From positions 1-64,000 of the IMG/VR virus record IMGVR_UViG_3300033076_001012: 64,000 bases of DNA; one strand, written 5' to 3'. Under the pieces are notes generated by a model that saw only the letters and a list, made by a program, of their open reading frames with translations, searched no databases and was not told the origin of the DNA. The stretch is from a virus. Lineage: Duplodnaviria; Caudoviricetes. Shown piece after piece: positions 26,137 through 35,897 of this stretch. Position 1 is the first letter of the stretch. The number at the start of each line of letters is the position of its first letter. Made by a program: the position numbers and the translations under genes.

Positions 26137-26658
26137 TTATTGTTTTTGATATATATTTTTTATATTAAACTGTCCTCCAGCACCTGATATATAGTTTATT
26201 GTAAGTATATCGTTTACAAGTTTTCCGCTACATGTTATTTTAGTTGTTCCTCCATAATTAGGGTCTATCTGTTGAGTATATAGATCGTATCCTGATAGAG
26301 TGGTTTGTAAATTTATTATATTTGAACAATCTAAATAAACTAAAGTGGCTTGGTTGTTTATAATACTTATTTGTAATATAGAATTTAATGGACAAGAACT
26401 GTTAGTTTGTATCAGTTTATATTTACCAAGCAGTGGACTTGGAGGATTGGTGTTGCCATTACTGCTATATACTGTTGGTGCAGGAGGTTGTTCTTTAGTA
26501 CAACCTGTTAAACAAAATGTTAATAATATTAATGATAAAAGAGCAAACCATATAAGTTCTTTTAATCTTTCTTTAAAGTTTTTATCTTTCATAGTTTTGA
26601 TATATTTATAATTAATTACTTGAATATATTTTATGATTCCACGAATCAATTTTTTCAT
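26137..26658 (-). CDS. putative lipoprotein
   Basis: Hydrophobic stretch ending in the lipobox LTGC. Confidence 0.65.
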   Translation of the reverse strand: MKKLIRGIIKYIQVINYKYIKTMKDKNFKERLKELIWFALLSLILLTFCLTGCTKEQPPAPTVYSSNGNTNPPSPLLGKYKLIQTNSSCPLNSILQISIINNQATLVYLDCSNIINLQTTLSGYDLYTQQIDPNYGGTTKITCSGKLVNDILTINYISGAGGQFNIKNIYQKQ

Positions 26659-26905
26659 TTACTTGTATATCTGTATCTGATAAACATATATCTTTTCTAT
26701 ATAATTGGTATAATAAATCAGAATGTATCCATATACTACAATTAGTTTTATAGTAGAATGGTGTAAATACAAATATTACAGGTATTGAATTAATCGCATC
26801 ATAAGGTGTTCCTTTATTTGATTCTTCCGAATCTTTTTTAGCTCTAATAGATAAATATCTTTGAACTACTGGAGCAAATAACATATTGTGATTGTGGTTA
26901 TTCAT
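26612..26905 (-). CDS. hypothetical protein
   Basis: Co-oriented ORF. Confidence 0.5.
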   Translation of the reverse strand: MNNHNHNMLFAPVVQRYLSIRAKKDSEESNKGTPYDAINSIPVIFVFTPFYYKTNCSIWIHSDLLYQLYRKDICLSDTDIQVNEKIDSWNHKIYSSN

Positions 26906-26909
26906 AACA

Positions 26910-27107
26910 TTATTTGTTAGTTAGTATTTTAGGGCCATATAATAATCCATTATAACTTCTTATTTGTAGTAACCCTGTTTTGTAATTTGGTTGTTTCTGT
27001 AATTCATGTTTTTTCCATGCACATAATGAGGCTGAACCTCTTATGATTGTTTCTTGTATAATACCATTTTGTATATATACAAGACAGTATTCTTTAATTT
27101 TATCCAT
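26910..27107 (-). CDS. hypothetical protein
   Basis: Co-oriented ORF. Confidence 0.55.
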   Translation of the reverse strand: MDKIKEYCLVYIQNGIIQETIIRGSASLCAWKKHELQKQPNYKTGLLQIRSYNGLLYGPKILTNK

Positions 27108-27483
27108 AAGTCTTTAGTTTTAAAGATTAATGTTAGTATTAGTTGGATAAATATATCAAGTACACATGATAGTGTACCTGATATAGAATAGATTAATTTA
27201 TTCATTTTATTTTTTATTATATGTTGAATACTATTATTGCATATGTTAATATAAATAATGTTGCGTAGATTGTTGTTTTTGTGTTAATTTCTAAGTTTTT
27301 CATAGTTTTGTAGTTTTATTTTTTATTTAATGGTTATTTTATCCTTCTGTACTCATTTATAATAATTAATTGTAGGTTGTTTAATTATTATAAATGTCTC
27401 ACCTTAGGAATGAGTTTATGGTACATTAATAAATCCTCTAACTTATTAGGTTAGAGGATTATAGCCATATATTATTGTTGTTT

Positions 27484-27930
27484 TTATACTAAAAGAGCAC
27501 TTTCAGTTGATACAGATACTGTTGTTTGTGCATTAATTGGTGTTTTACCATTTGCACGAACAATAGCTTCTGCATTTTCACCTTCAAAGCATACAATTGT
27601 TACATTGTCTGCAAATACAAGTGAGCCATCTTTACGTTTTTGTTGTGTACCATCAGCAAGAAGTACAGGATATTTTTCAACTTTCATGTTGATGATAGAT
27701 CCTGGAATTTCTTTTCCGATAGCAGCACTAACTGTTGATGGATTAGCACCTTTCCATGTAGTACTTCCATCAGCGTTATGTGCCTGGAAGAATGTTCTTT
27801 TTACACTTGGTGCAAAAGGATTAGAAGGATTGCCAAATTCAGCAACATAGTATTGACGACTTTTTTTACCATCAGTTCTTTGTTTTTCAGTTTTTACGTC
27901 TGTTATAGACATTAATTTTACAGTTTTCAT
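27484..27930 (-). CDS. early hypothetical protein (OB-fold-like)
   Basis: Beta-rich 148 aa ORF with an AT-rich leader. Confidence 0.7.
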   Translation of the reverse strand: MKTVKLMSITDVKTEKQRTDGKKSRQYYVAEFGNPSNPFAPSVKRTFFQAHNADGSTTWKGANPSTVSAAIGKEIPGSIINMKVEKYPVLLADGTQQKRKDGSLVFADNVTIVCFEGENAEAIVRANGKTPINAQTTVSVSTESALLV

Positions 27931-28500
27931 AGTGATTTGTTTTTTAATTAATTGTTTAGTTGATTTTTAATTGTGTTTATATAATATATGGCTTATTTCA
28001 CTCTGCATATAACTCATAAAGTTATTAGAGGCTTGTGACTCTTGTAGTGTTAGTACAGCTGCATTAAAAACCCATCAGCTTTTAAACTAATGGGTTAACC
28101 ACAAAATAAATTCAGTATAAAGCCCTGAATTATCGGCTGTTTGTTTAATAATATATTGTGTATAATGTTCCGTTATTTGTGAATGTATAAGATTCCATAG
28201 TTTTGTAGTGTTAGATTGTTACTAATTTGGTTAAAAAGATAACAGCTTTAACCACTGTTGTGAGAACATAACATTCAAGTTAAGTACAGGTTTTTATATA
28301 TTGGTTTGCGGTTTTATTTGTTAAAACTGCTATATAAAAGGTGATGATTTGTAATATTTAATGTTAGGGAAAAGTGTGATTTGTTAGGTGTAGTGGTAAT
28401 ACCACACTCTAACATCTTCTTTATCAACAAGTTATATCATCATTTTTCAATCATTAGTTTATTCAAAAAGTATAAAAAATGGGGATTTCTCCCCACTTAA

Positions 28501-28734
28501 CTAAAATATCCAGCGCATTACAGGACTTCCGTCACTATGTATTAAAGGATTACCTTCTGCATCAACACATCCTTCTCTACCAATTGGTGAAAAGTCTTTT
28601 ACTTCATCACCAACTTTCAAGTTATCTGGATTAGCACACCATGCAAATGTATAACCAATTGCATATTTGTTAGATTTGTGTCCAACAAGAATTGTCTTTC
28701 CAGATTCAGATAATTTACATACTGTAGTTTTCAT
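28501..28734 (-). CDS. first early hypothetical protein
   Basis: First minus-strand ORF left of the strand switch, followed by a terminator-like hairpin near 28480-28500. Confidence 0.7.
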   Translation of the reverse strand: MKTTVCKLSESGKTILVGHKSNKYAIGYTFAWCANPDNLKVGDEVKDFSPIGREGCVDAEGNPLIHSDGSPVMRWIF

Positions 28735-28838
28735 AAGTTAAGTTTTTTGTGGTTAATACTTTAGCCTGGGTATCTTCCCCTGCCCAAAGCTATGTGGGGG
28801 TGATGATATGGGGTGGATCACCTCACCACTCATATACC

Positions 28839-28887
28839 ATTTTTTTTAAATTTTTAAAAAATTTTTTAAATTTTAAAATTTAATAAT
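28839..28887. other. 49-nt pure A/T tract at the early/late strand switch
   Basis: Alternating T and A runs next to a G-rich segment at 28794-28815. Confidence 0.6.
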
Positions 28888-29022
28888 GCTATTTTAAAGG
28901 GGTCTAAAAACTATACAATCTACCTAAAAATATCATATTCCCTAAACATTGCTCAATTCACCAACCAACACTCTCCACAAAAACTAAATAACATTTTTCT
29001 TGCTTTTTACATTTTATTTACT

Positions 29023-29030
29023 TATATTTG
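29023..29030 (+). promoter_or_regulatory. Bacteroidota sigma-A -7 element
   Basis: TATATTTG with ttg upstream, at the start of the plus-strand region. Confidence 0.65.
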
Positions 29031-29169
29031 TACTTATCATTATGCAGAATATACTTTATAGCATATCAGAGGTAAGACATCTAACTATAGATGAGTCCCC
29101 TTTTAGAAGTTGGGTTGTATGAGTAACCACTAAAGTAAAAATATAAATACAAATACTTTAATGTTGGCG

Positions 29170-29390
29170 AAAAGAGTTAAACCAGATAGCCCCAATAGTG
29201 ATAAAAACTGGTTAGATTGAAAGATTGTAGGGTGGATACAGGAATAAGTAACCCTCTTGAATTAACAAGGAGTAAGTATCCACGCAGGTGAAGTTCAGAC
29301 CCAGAAAAGCTAATGAACAGACGAACGGCTACAATCAATTAAACTAACTAAAACTGGCATAAGGGAATACCCCCCTAAGGGGTATAGTGT
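29170..29390 (+). ncRNA. candidate structured RNA
   Basis: Nested stems gattgtag/ctacaatc, gtggatac/gtatccac and gttca/tgaac, plus hairpin atacccc/ggggtat. Confidence 0.4.
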
Positions 29391-29425
29391 ATCTAATAGT
29401 TAAAAATTACATAACATAACAAAAC

Positions 29426-29704
29426 ATGAAAGAATTTTTAAAATTTCTTCTTAAAAAAGAACAAAGAGGTGAACTAAGATTTGGAATACTTAGTCATATA
29501 GTACAGATATTGTGTATTATAGCATCTTTTGGATCTACTCCTGACATTATTGATGCAATAAAAGAATGTTCAGTATTTGAAGCTATATTTGTTCTTTTGG
29601 GTATATCATGTTGTATAGCAGCTCCTTTTATGTTTTGGATATCAAGATTCCTAAACTTTAGGAGACTACAGAATCTGTCTGCAACTAACCCTAATCTCAA
29701 CTAA
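29426..29704 (+). CDS. small membrane protein
   Basis: Two transmembrane-like segments. Confidence 0.55.
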   Translation: MKEFLKFLLKKEQRGELRFGILSHIVQILCIIASFGSTPDIIDAIKECSVFEAIFVLLGISCCIAAPFMFWISRFLNFRRLQNLSATNPNLN

Positions 29705-29705
29705 C

Positions 29706-30155
29706 ATGATAGTTGATATTATATACAACTTATTACCCCTACTACTTGTAGTAGTTGCAGCTGCATGTAACGCAGTTATGGACACTCTAACACATCATTA
29801 CGATAGCTCTGTATTTAAACTAAAAGATAGACAGTTTTGGGACCCCTCTATATCTTGGGAAAATAAATACAATATACTTACAGACTACAATACTGGTAAA
29901 AAAACATATATACATAAAAAAATAGGTGATACTAACATAAATACTATAGATGCACTTTCAGATGCCTGGCACATATTTAAATCCCTATCAATAATATCCA
30001 TACTATTAGCTCTATCCTTAACATCCATTATCCCATTAACCATACCCACAATCCATCCATTAATCCTACTACCATCCCTTCTAATACTTTATGGATTAGT
30101 GTGGAATAAAACATTTAATCTGTTCTATAACAAACTCTTACTTATCAAAAAATAA
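29706..30155 (+). CDS. conserved membrane protein
   Basis: AACNAVMDTL...FWDPSISW.NKY...DAWH.FK with hydrophobic helices. Confidence 0.75.
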   Translation: MIVDIIYNLLPLLLVVVAAACNAVMDTLTHHYDSSVFKLKDRQFWDPSISWENKYNILTDYNTGKKTYIHKKIGDTNINTIDALSDAWHIFKSLSIISILLALSLTSIIPLTIPTIHPLILLPSLLILYGLVWNKTFNLFYNKLLLIKK

Positions 30156-30209
30156 TAAATAAAAGTAATAAAAAGTAACATTTTACTTGACTTTTAAGAA
30201 TCAAACTAC

Positions 30210-30217
30210 TATATTTG
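30210..30217 (+). promoter_or_regulatory. Bacteroidota sigma-A -7 element
   Basis: TATATTTG with cttgac about 20 nt upstream. Confidence 0.65.
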
Positions 30218-30229
30218 TAATAGTTCTTT

Positions 30230-30490
30230 GATATAACCAGTTTAGGTTACTCGAACAAGTAGCTGACACTATAAGTTTGCTCTCTGAGCTTTAAAGTCAG
30301 TAATCCAACTATTATCATCTAATGTTGGTGGTTGATGTGGGGAAAACAACCTGTAAGATACTATCGAGTATAGATCTTACATAAACCCCAAACATTCATA
30401 TAAAATGTTATCCTACTTCCCCGTACATACAACCCCCTGAAGTATTGAGATAACATAAACATCCCCAACCCCCTAAAGTTGGGGTTTTGT
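30230..30490 (+). ncRNA. candidate structured RNA ending in a terminator
   Basis: Stems tgtaagat/atcttaca inside tgggg/cccca, ctgac/gtcag and ccaac/gttgg; terminator ccccaac/gttgggg followed by TTTT. Confidence 0.4.
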
Positions 30491-30573
30491 TTTTATAAAT
30501 ATTTCATAGTTTTTTATTCAAACCTAATAAATTATATTAGATAAAAATATAATAAAAATAGTTAATTAATAAT

Positions 30574-30978
30574 TTGGAAATAACATACATTGTTATTATC
30601 TTTGTCTTATACATAAATTCCATGACAATAGAACATAAAGGAGATATTAAAACACTTCTAAATTATAAACTAACTATTCTTACTCCATATCTTAAAACAA
30701 CTAATAAAGAGAATATGGTAATTATCTATCTTTTAGATAAGTATCTTCAAATAAAACATGAAGTAGAATTTCAAAAGAAATTAAATTCTCCTGAAACATT
30801 TGCTAACATGGCTAGGGATCTGGGTATATCAATAGATTATCTTAATAACATAAAACGTGCTTTAAGAGTTAAAAAACTATTAACAGAAAACAACTCATTA
30901 TCCAATATACTCTACACCCTCATTCCTTCAAAGGATGAATCTAAAAATACTATAAGCTTTAAGTTCTCATTACAATGA
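30574..30978 (+). CDS. hypothetical protein (likely start MTIEHKG)
   Basis: HTH-like segment FANMARDLGISIDYLNNIKRAL. Confidence 0.65.
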   Translation: MEITYIVIIFVLYINSMTIEHKGDIKTLLNYKLTILTPYLKTTNKENMVIIYLLDKYLQIKHEVEFQKKLNSPETFANMARDLGISIDYLNNIKRALRVKKLLTENNSLSNILYTLIPSKDESKNTISFKFSLQ

Positions 30979-31280
30979 ATATAATACCTATACCAAAACA
31001 GTTCCACATCTTTGGAGAACTTCATAAAGTTAAACAGTTAAAAATTGTAAAGGATGGAGAAGAGTTTGTATTAGGATTGTATAATCCTGATACAAACATT
31101 ATAAAAATACAAAAAGCATCTGAGACAAGAAATCAAGACCAAGTTGAACAAACATTTTTCCATGAACTTGTTCATGCATCACTTGGACATTTATCATATG
31201 ATAAACTTTACGAAGATGAAGTATTTGTAGATAACATGGCAAAAGCATTACATCAAGCATTTAAAACAGCTAAATATTAA
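30975..31280 (+). CDS. HExxH zinc metalloprotease-like protein
   Basis: LGLY...I.I...TFFHELVHA...EVFV. Confidence 0.75.
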   Translation: MNIIPIPKQFHIFGELHKVKQLKIVKDGEEFVLGLYNPDTNIIKIQKASETRNQDQVEQTFFHELVHASLGHLSYDKLYEDEVFVDNMAKALHQAFKTAKY

Positions 31281-31379
31281 AACATATGAACAATACACCT
31301 AATTTTGAAGTAGTATCAACTAATACATTTAAATATAGACTAATTAGATTATTAACAAACCCCTTTAAATATCTTTTCT

Positions 31380-31658
31380 TTGGAAAATATGAACTATAGT
31401 GTGAAATTTAATAACGGTTATAGATATTATAAATACGAGTACTCTAATTTAGAGGATGCTGTAAATGCGATACAACTTTTTTCAAAATATAAAAATCTTT
31501 TTACTAAAAATCATCCAACTGTTGATATACGTATAATAGTCTCTAACTTAATGAATACACCTATAGTTATAGAAATTGAAACATGGCACAAAGACTTAGG
31601 AAAAGACCCCTTGAACACGAATACATCAGAAAACTCATCAAATCAGTTGCTGATATAA
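31380..31658 (+). CDS. hypothetical protein
   Basis: Co-oriented ORF. Confidence 0.55.
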   Translation: MENMNYSVKFNNGYRYYKYEYSNLEDAVNAIQLFSKYKNLFTKNHPTVDIRIIVSNLMNTPIVIEIETWHKDLGKDPLNTNTSENSSNQLLI

Positions 31659-31933
31659 ACAATACAACAACTGAGAAAGTTGAACATATATTATGGACAC
31701 AATTTAAACTTGTAAAATCTGTAATAGAAGAAGGAGAAATGAGATCTATACTTTTACCAAACTTCGGTAAATTCTGGGCAAATATAAAACTAAAAAATTA
31801 CATAGATGAAAAATATATAAAAAAACACGGTTTTAAAAAAGAATTACTTAAAAAACCAATACCTGAATTAGCTAAAAGAAGAAGAGGAAGACCTGTTAAA
31901 AATACCAATACAGATGTTAAATCAAAAACTTAA
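31583..31933 (+). CDS. HU/IHF-like DNA-binding protein
   Basis: IKSVADINN...KVEHIL...I.LPNFGKF pattern. Confidence 0.65.
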   Translation: MAQRLRKRPLEHEYIRKLIKSVADINNTTTEKVEHILWTQFKLVKSVIEEGEMRSILLPNFGKFWANIKLKNYIDEKYIKKHGFKKELLKKPIPELAKRRRGRPVKNTNTDVKSKT

Positions 31934-32165
31934 AAATATATACGATGGTTGGAAAGGTTTAGTCTGGAAAGATGAGAGAATGAAAACCTTTGCAGAAACA
32001 AGAGCTACCATATGTGCTCCATGCGGATATAATGCTGCTAATATATGTAAAGCTTGTGGATGTTTTATTCCTGCTAAAATCAAAGCTAAAGGAGCATCTT
32101 GTCCAAAAAAATTATGGAATAATGTAACAGATGAAGAATTGAATAACATAAATATTACTAAATAA
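31914..32165 (+). CDS. Cys-rich zinc-binding protein
   Basis: RATICAPC...CKACGCFI.AK....SCP..LW. Confidence 0.7.
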   Translation: MLNQKLKNIYDGWKGLVWKDERMKTFAETRATICAPCGYNAANICKACGCFIPAKIKAKGASCPKKLWNNVTDEELNNINITK

Positions 32166-32443
32166 TGATAGTAGAGTTAAATATATTATCAGATCTTTAT
32201 TCGCCACCTGTTAAAAATAACAGACAAAAATTAATAAAAGAAGGTATTGTAACAAAGATGTTAGTTAATACTTCAGATATTAAATATATAGAAGAAACAT
32301 TCGATAAGAACGGTAAAATACAAAAGAATGTTTGCGCTATTAAAATTGATCAGGAAATAATGAGAGTAAAAAATAGTTATAATACTATTAAAAAACTTAT
32401 TCTTCCTGATAAAATACATACAGGATTTAAAGAACATAAATGA
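32165..32443 (+). CDS. hypothetical protein
   Basis: Overlapping stop and start. Confidence 0.65.
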   Translation: MIVELNILSDLYSPPVKNNRQKLIKEGIVTKMLVNTSDIKYIEETFDKNGKIQKNVCAIKIDQEIMRVKNSYNTIKKLILPDKIHTGFKEHK

Positions 32444-32745
32444 TTAATAAAGATATCTTTCCTGAAGATAAACATATATCAAACTATCTACCCTTAGATA
32501 AGGGGTTAAACTTTAATTTAAAAGAAGTTAAAAGAATTTCTATAGATATAGAAAAAAATATAAAAGAAGATGAAAACGAAAAAATATTGACTCTCCTCCT
32601 TAAGAGGAGAAATGAGAGAGTATGGATAACAATAAGAGACTATAATAAACTACATGATTTGAATATAAATATAGAAAATATTCTAAGTTTAGAATATGAA
32701 AACTCCAAAAGTAACAAATATAAAATGATAATTAATTATATATAA
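32440..32745 (+). CDS. hypothetical protein
   Basis: Overlapping stop and start. Confidence 0.55.
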   Translation: MINKDIFPEDKHISNYLPLDKGLNFNLKEVKRISIDIEKNIKEDENEKILTLLLKRRNERVWITIRDYNKLHDLNINIENILSLEYENSKSNKYKMIINYI

Positions 32746-32817
32746 GGTTTCTAAGCATATGTGGAGATGCTCCTGATTTGTACTCAGGATAACAGGGTTC
32801 GACTCCTTGAGAAACCT
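32746..32817 (+). tRNA. tRNA-Thr(UGU)
   Basis: GGTTTCT/AGAAACC acceptor stem, CCTGA-TTTGTAC-TCAGG anticodon arm, CAGGG-TTCGACT-CCTTG T arm; no encoded CCA. Confidence 0.9.
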
Positions 32818-32841
32818 CTAAACAAATAAAACAAATAAACA

Positions 32842-33156
32842 ATGACGGAAGAGAAAAATGTAGAGTATTCTTACTCAGCGATTGGTGATAACATTGTAGT
32901 TGATCCAAAGATTAAAGATGAAACAGATAGTGGTATTAAACTTTTAGATAAAACAGCAGAAGATAATAAAGAAATGTATCCTGAAGTAATTTCTGTTGGC
33001 GAAAAAGTTACAGGTATAAAACCAGGTGATAAAGTAGCTTTGCATCATATGGCACATCCTACTATGATACCTTTAGGTAAACGTAAACTATTTAACTTTA
33101 AACAGTATGATATTATAGGAGTAGTATCTGAAAAACCTAATCTAATGAAAATTTAA
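32842..33156 (+). CDS. groES: GroES-like co-chaperonin
   Basis: AIGDNIVV.P...TDSGI.L...VISVGEKV..IKPGDKV...DIIGV. Confidence 0.85.
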   Translation: MTEEKNVEYSYSAIGDNIVVDPKIKDETDSGIKLLDKTAEDNKEMYPEVISVGEKVTGIKPGDKVALHHMAHPTMIPLGKRKLFNFKQYDIIGVVSEKPNLMKI

Positions 33157-33320
33157 TATAATTAAATGGAAAATTTAGAAATAAGACTTTTAAAACTTGA
33201 AACAGAACTTAATGAATTACGTTCAAGGATGTTATTTCTTCAATCTGAAATTGTTAGTATTAGATTATCAATGAATGATTCATACAATAGTACAATTCCT
33301 AAAATAACTACTTCCTAAGT

Positions 33321-33836
33321 ATGGAACCTCTTGAACTAAAAGATAATCTTGTAGTTTTTAAACCTGAGTTTTTGACTATATCAGCTTTCAAAAAAGTATG
33401 GGAAACTGATAAGTCAAAGACTAAGGATAAAGCCTTTAAAGATTTAATGTATGTATATCACATGGCTTCAAAGAAGTCGATATATAGTGATTGGCCGGAA
33501 GATAAAAAAGAAGAAGCTATACTTCAAGATGTTCTTTTAGATAAAAACTATAAACCTTCAAAAGAAGTAAAAGAAGCAATTCTTAAATTCGAAGAATTTA
33601 GTACACCAAAGCAAAGATTATTAGAAGCAGCTAAAGCTAAAATAGATGATATTGCAGTATTTTTAAAAAATACACCTCTTACAGTAGAAACATCTGATTC
33701 AATTCTTGCTATGTTTAAATCTATATCTACAACAGTTAAAAACTTTGATGATATAGAAGCAGCTGTTAAAAAAGAAACAGATACACATAATGTTAAAAGA
33801 CGTGGTGATAAAGCCACAGGATTATTTGAAGAATGA
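33321..33836 (+). CDS. conserved crAss-type protein upstream of TerL (possible small terminase)
   Basis: Position overlapping terL; DKSKTKDKAFKDLMYVY motif. Confidence 0.6.
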   Translation: MEPLELKDNLVVFKPEFLTISAFKKVWETDKSKTKDKAFKDLMYVYHMASKKSIYSDWPEDKKEEAILQDVLLDKNYKPSKEVKEAILKFEEFSTPKQRLLEAAKAKIDDIAVFLKNTPLTVETSDSILAMFKSISTTVKNFDDIEAAVKKETDTHNVKRRGDKATGLFEE

Positions 33837-35809
33837 AACTTGTAGGTACAGATAAATTCAGAGAAGAAGCATTAAAGTTTCAGAAAGATGGTATATACTG
33901 TAAATATACCACAGGTACTCATGCACATCGTGAGTATTGGATGGAGCAACATAAAAGATGTTTGGAAGGTTACCATAATGGAGAATTTTGGATACCTGGA
34001 ACATATTATTTTTATTTAAACTTCTCACCAATTCTTGCAAAGAATGAAAAAACTGGACGTAAGCAACAAGAGTTTGCAAGATTTACTGATGTAGATTTAG
34101 AATACTTTAATATAGTTGAAAGAGCACGTAAAGAAAAAAAAGGTATAATTCTTCTTAAACCAAGACGTACAGGTTTTTCATTTAAAAATTCAAGACTTGC
34201 TGTACATGAATATAATTTTTACAGAGATGCTAAATGTATAATAGCAGCATCTAACTCCGAACTATCTAAATATACCATGAACATGGCTTTAGACGGTTTA
34301 AACTTTTTAGATAAACATACTGAATGGCGTAAACAAAGAGATCCTGATACAAAAGATTTTGTAAAAGCAAGATATAAAGAAACAAAAGATGGAGTAACTA
34401 CATGGAAAGGTAACCATTCAGAAATTTTCACACTCACTTTTAAAGACAACCCATTTGCTGCAATTGGTAAATCAGCTAATTTATTCTTTTGGGAAGAAGC
34501 TGGAAAGTTTTCAAATCTTATAAGTTCTTATAATATATCTGAACCTTGTTGGAAAGATGGTGATGATATGATAGGTATTCCACTTGTTTACGGAACAGGA
34601 GGAGATATGTCTGTAGGTACAAAAGATTTTGCTGAAATGTTTTATCATCCTGAAAAATATAATCTTCTAGCTTTTGATAATATATGGGAAGAAGAAAAGG
34701 TAGGAACTAAATGCGGATGGTTTATACCGGCAACCAGAATGAGATTTGGTGAATATAAAGGTGAATCAATGGTTGATAAGGACGGAAACTCTAATCAAGA
34801 GTTAGCCTTAAAATCCATTCTTGATTTTAGAGAATTAAAGAAAAGAGGAGGTTCTAAACAAGATTATCAAGATGCACTAACTCAATATCCAATCCATCCT
34901 GGAGAAGCCTTTCTTCAAAAGACAGGAAACATGTTTCCAACTGCTGATCTATCAGCAAGGTTGGCCAAATTACAAACAGACACCTCAATAACAGGTGCTG
35001 ATTATATAGGAGATTTAGTTCTTACAGAAGATGGTAAAGTAGAATGGAAACTGAACACTAAACTAAAACCTATAAACAACTATCCAACTGATAAAGAAGA
35101 TAGTTCAGAAGGATGTGTAGTAATCTTTGAACATCCTTATATTGATGAAGTTGGACAAACACCTTATGGTAGATATTTAGTTGGAGTTGACCCGTATGCT
35201 CAAGATAAATCTGAAAACTCTTCTTCTCTAGGTTCAACTTTAGTTTATGACAAAGTAACTAATAGACTTGTAGCTGAATATACAGCTAGACCAGCTACAA
35301 TGAATGATTATTATGAAAATGTAAGAAGACTTATAAAATATTATAACGGTATATGCTTATATGAAAATCAGATACCTGGATTATTTCAATATCTTCATAA
35401 TAAAAACGAATCTTATCTTTTAATGGACCAACCTGAATATATAAAAGATATTATACAAGATTCTAAAGTTAATAGACAAAAGGGTATACACATGACAGCA
35501 GGTATTAAAGCTCACGGAGAAGATTTGATAAATGCTTGGTTACGTTCACCTTATGAATCAGATAATGACATATTAACACTTCATAAAATACGTTCTATAC
35601 CTCTTCTTCAAGAACTAATATCCTATCATCCTGATGGAAACTTCGATAGAATAATTGCTCTAATAATGTTAATGTATGCTATACAACAACTTAAAAAACA
35701 TAGAATAGAAGAAGCTTCTGAAAAGAATGATGATATTTTTTCACAAAAATTTTTCCAAAAACCTATAATAAGAAAACATAATAATGCTATAAGATCAAAT
35801 CCATTTTAA
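33833..35809 (+). CDS. terL: terminase large subunit
   Basis: LLKPRRTGFSF, Walker B FFWEEAG, GTGG, nuclease GVDPY, NFDRI. Confidence 0.92.
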   Translation: MKLVGTDKFREEALKFQKDGIYCKYTTGTHAHREYWMEQHKRCLEGYHNGEFWIPGTYYFYLNFSPILAKNEKTGRKQQEFARFTDVDLEYFNIVERARKEKKGIILLKPRRTGFSFKNSRLAVHEYNFYRDAKCIIAASNSELSKYTMNMALDGLNFLDKHTEWRKQRDPDTKDFVKARYKETKDGVTTWKGNHSEIFTLTFKDNPFAAIGKSANLFFWEEAGKFSNLISSYNISEPCWKDGDDMIGIPLVYGTGGDMSVGTKDFAEMFYHPEKYNLLAFDNIWEEEKVGTKCGWFIPATRMRFGEYKGESMVDKDGNSNQELALKSILDFRELKKRGGSKQDYQDALTQYPIHPGEAFLQKTGNMFPTADLSARLAKLQTDTSITGADYIGDLVLTEDGKVEWKLNTKLKPINNYPTDKEDSSEGCVVIFEHPYIDEVGQTPYGRYLVGVDPYAQDKSENSSSLGSTLVYDKVTNRLVAEYTARPATMNDYYENVRRLIKYYNGICLYENQIPGLFQYLHNKNESYLLMDQPEYIKDIIQDSKVNRQKGIHMTAGIKAHGEDLINAWLRSPYESDNDILTLHKIRSIPLLQELISYHPDGNFDRIIALIMLMYAIQQLKKHRIEEASEKNDDIFSQKFFQKPIIRKHNNAIRSNPF

Positions 35810-35897
35810 TACAAAAGAATATAATCTACCTTTTCTTTTAAGAAAAAAATTAGTATACTTGTAAATTGGTCTTTTTCTATCCAAAAACTTCTATCCA

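Noticed and set aside
30230-30490. tmRNA or RNase P RNA identity for the structured region
   Set aside because: No tRNA-like acceptor or T-arm ends, no tag ORF and no RNase P signature sequences were recognised.
33833-35809. Inteins in TerL, DnaB or PolB
   Set aside because: Protein lengths are normal and no C-terminal HN-C/S/T or LAGLIDADG blocks were seen.
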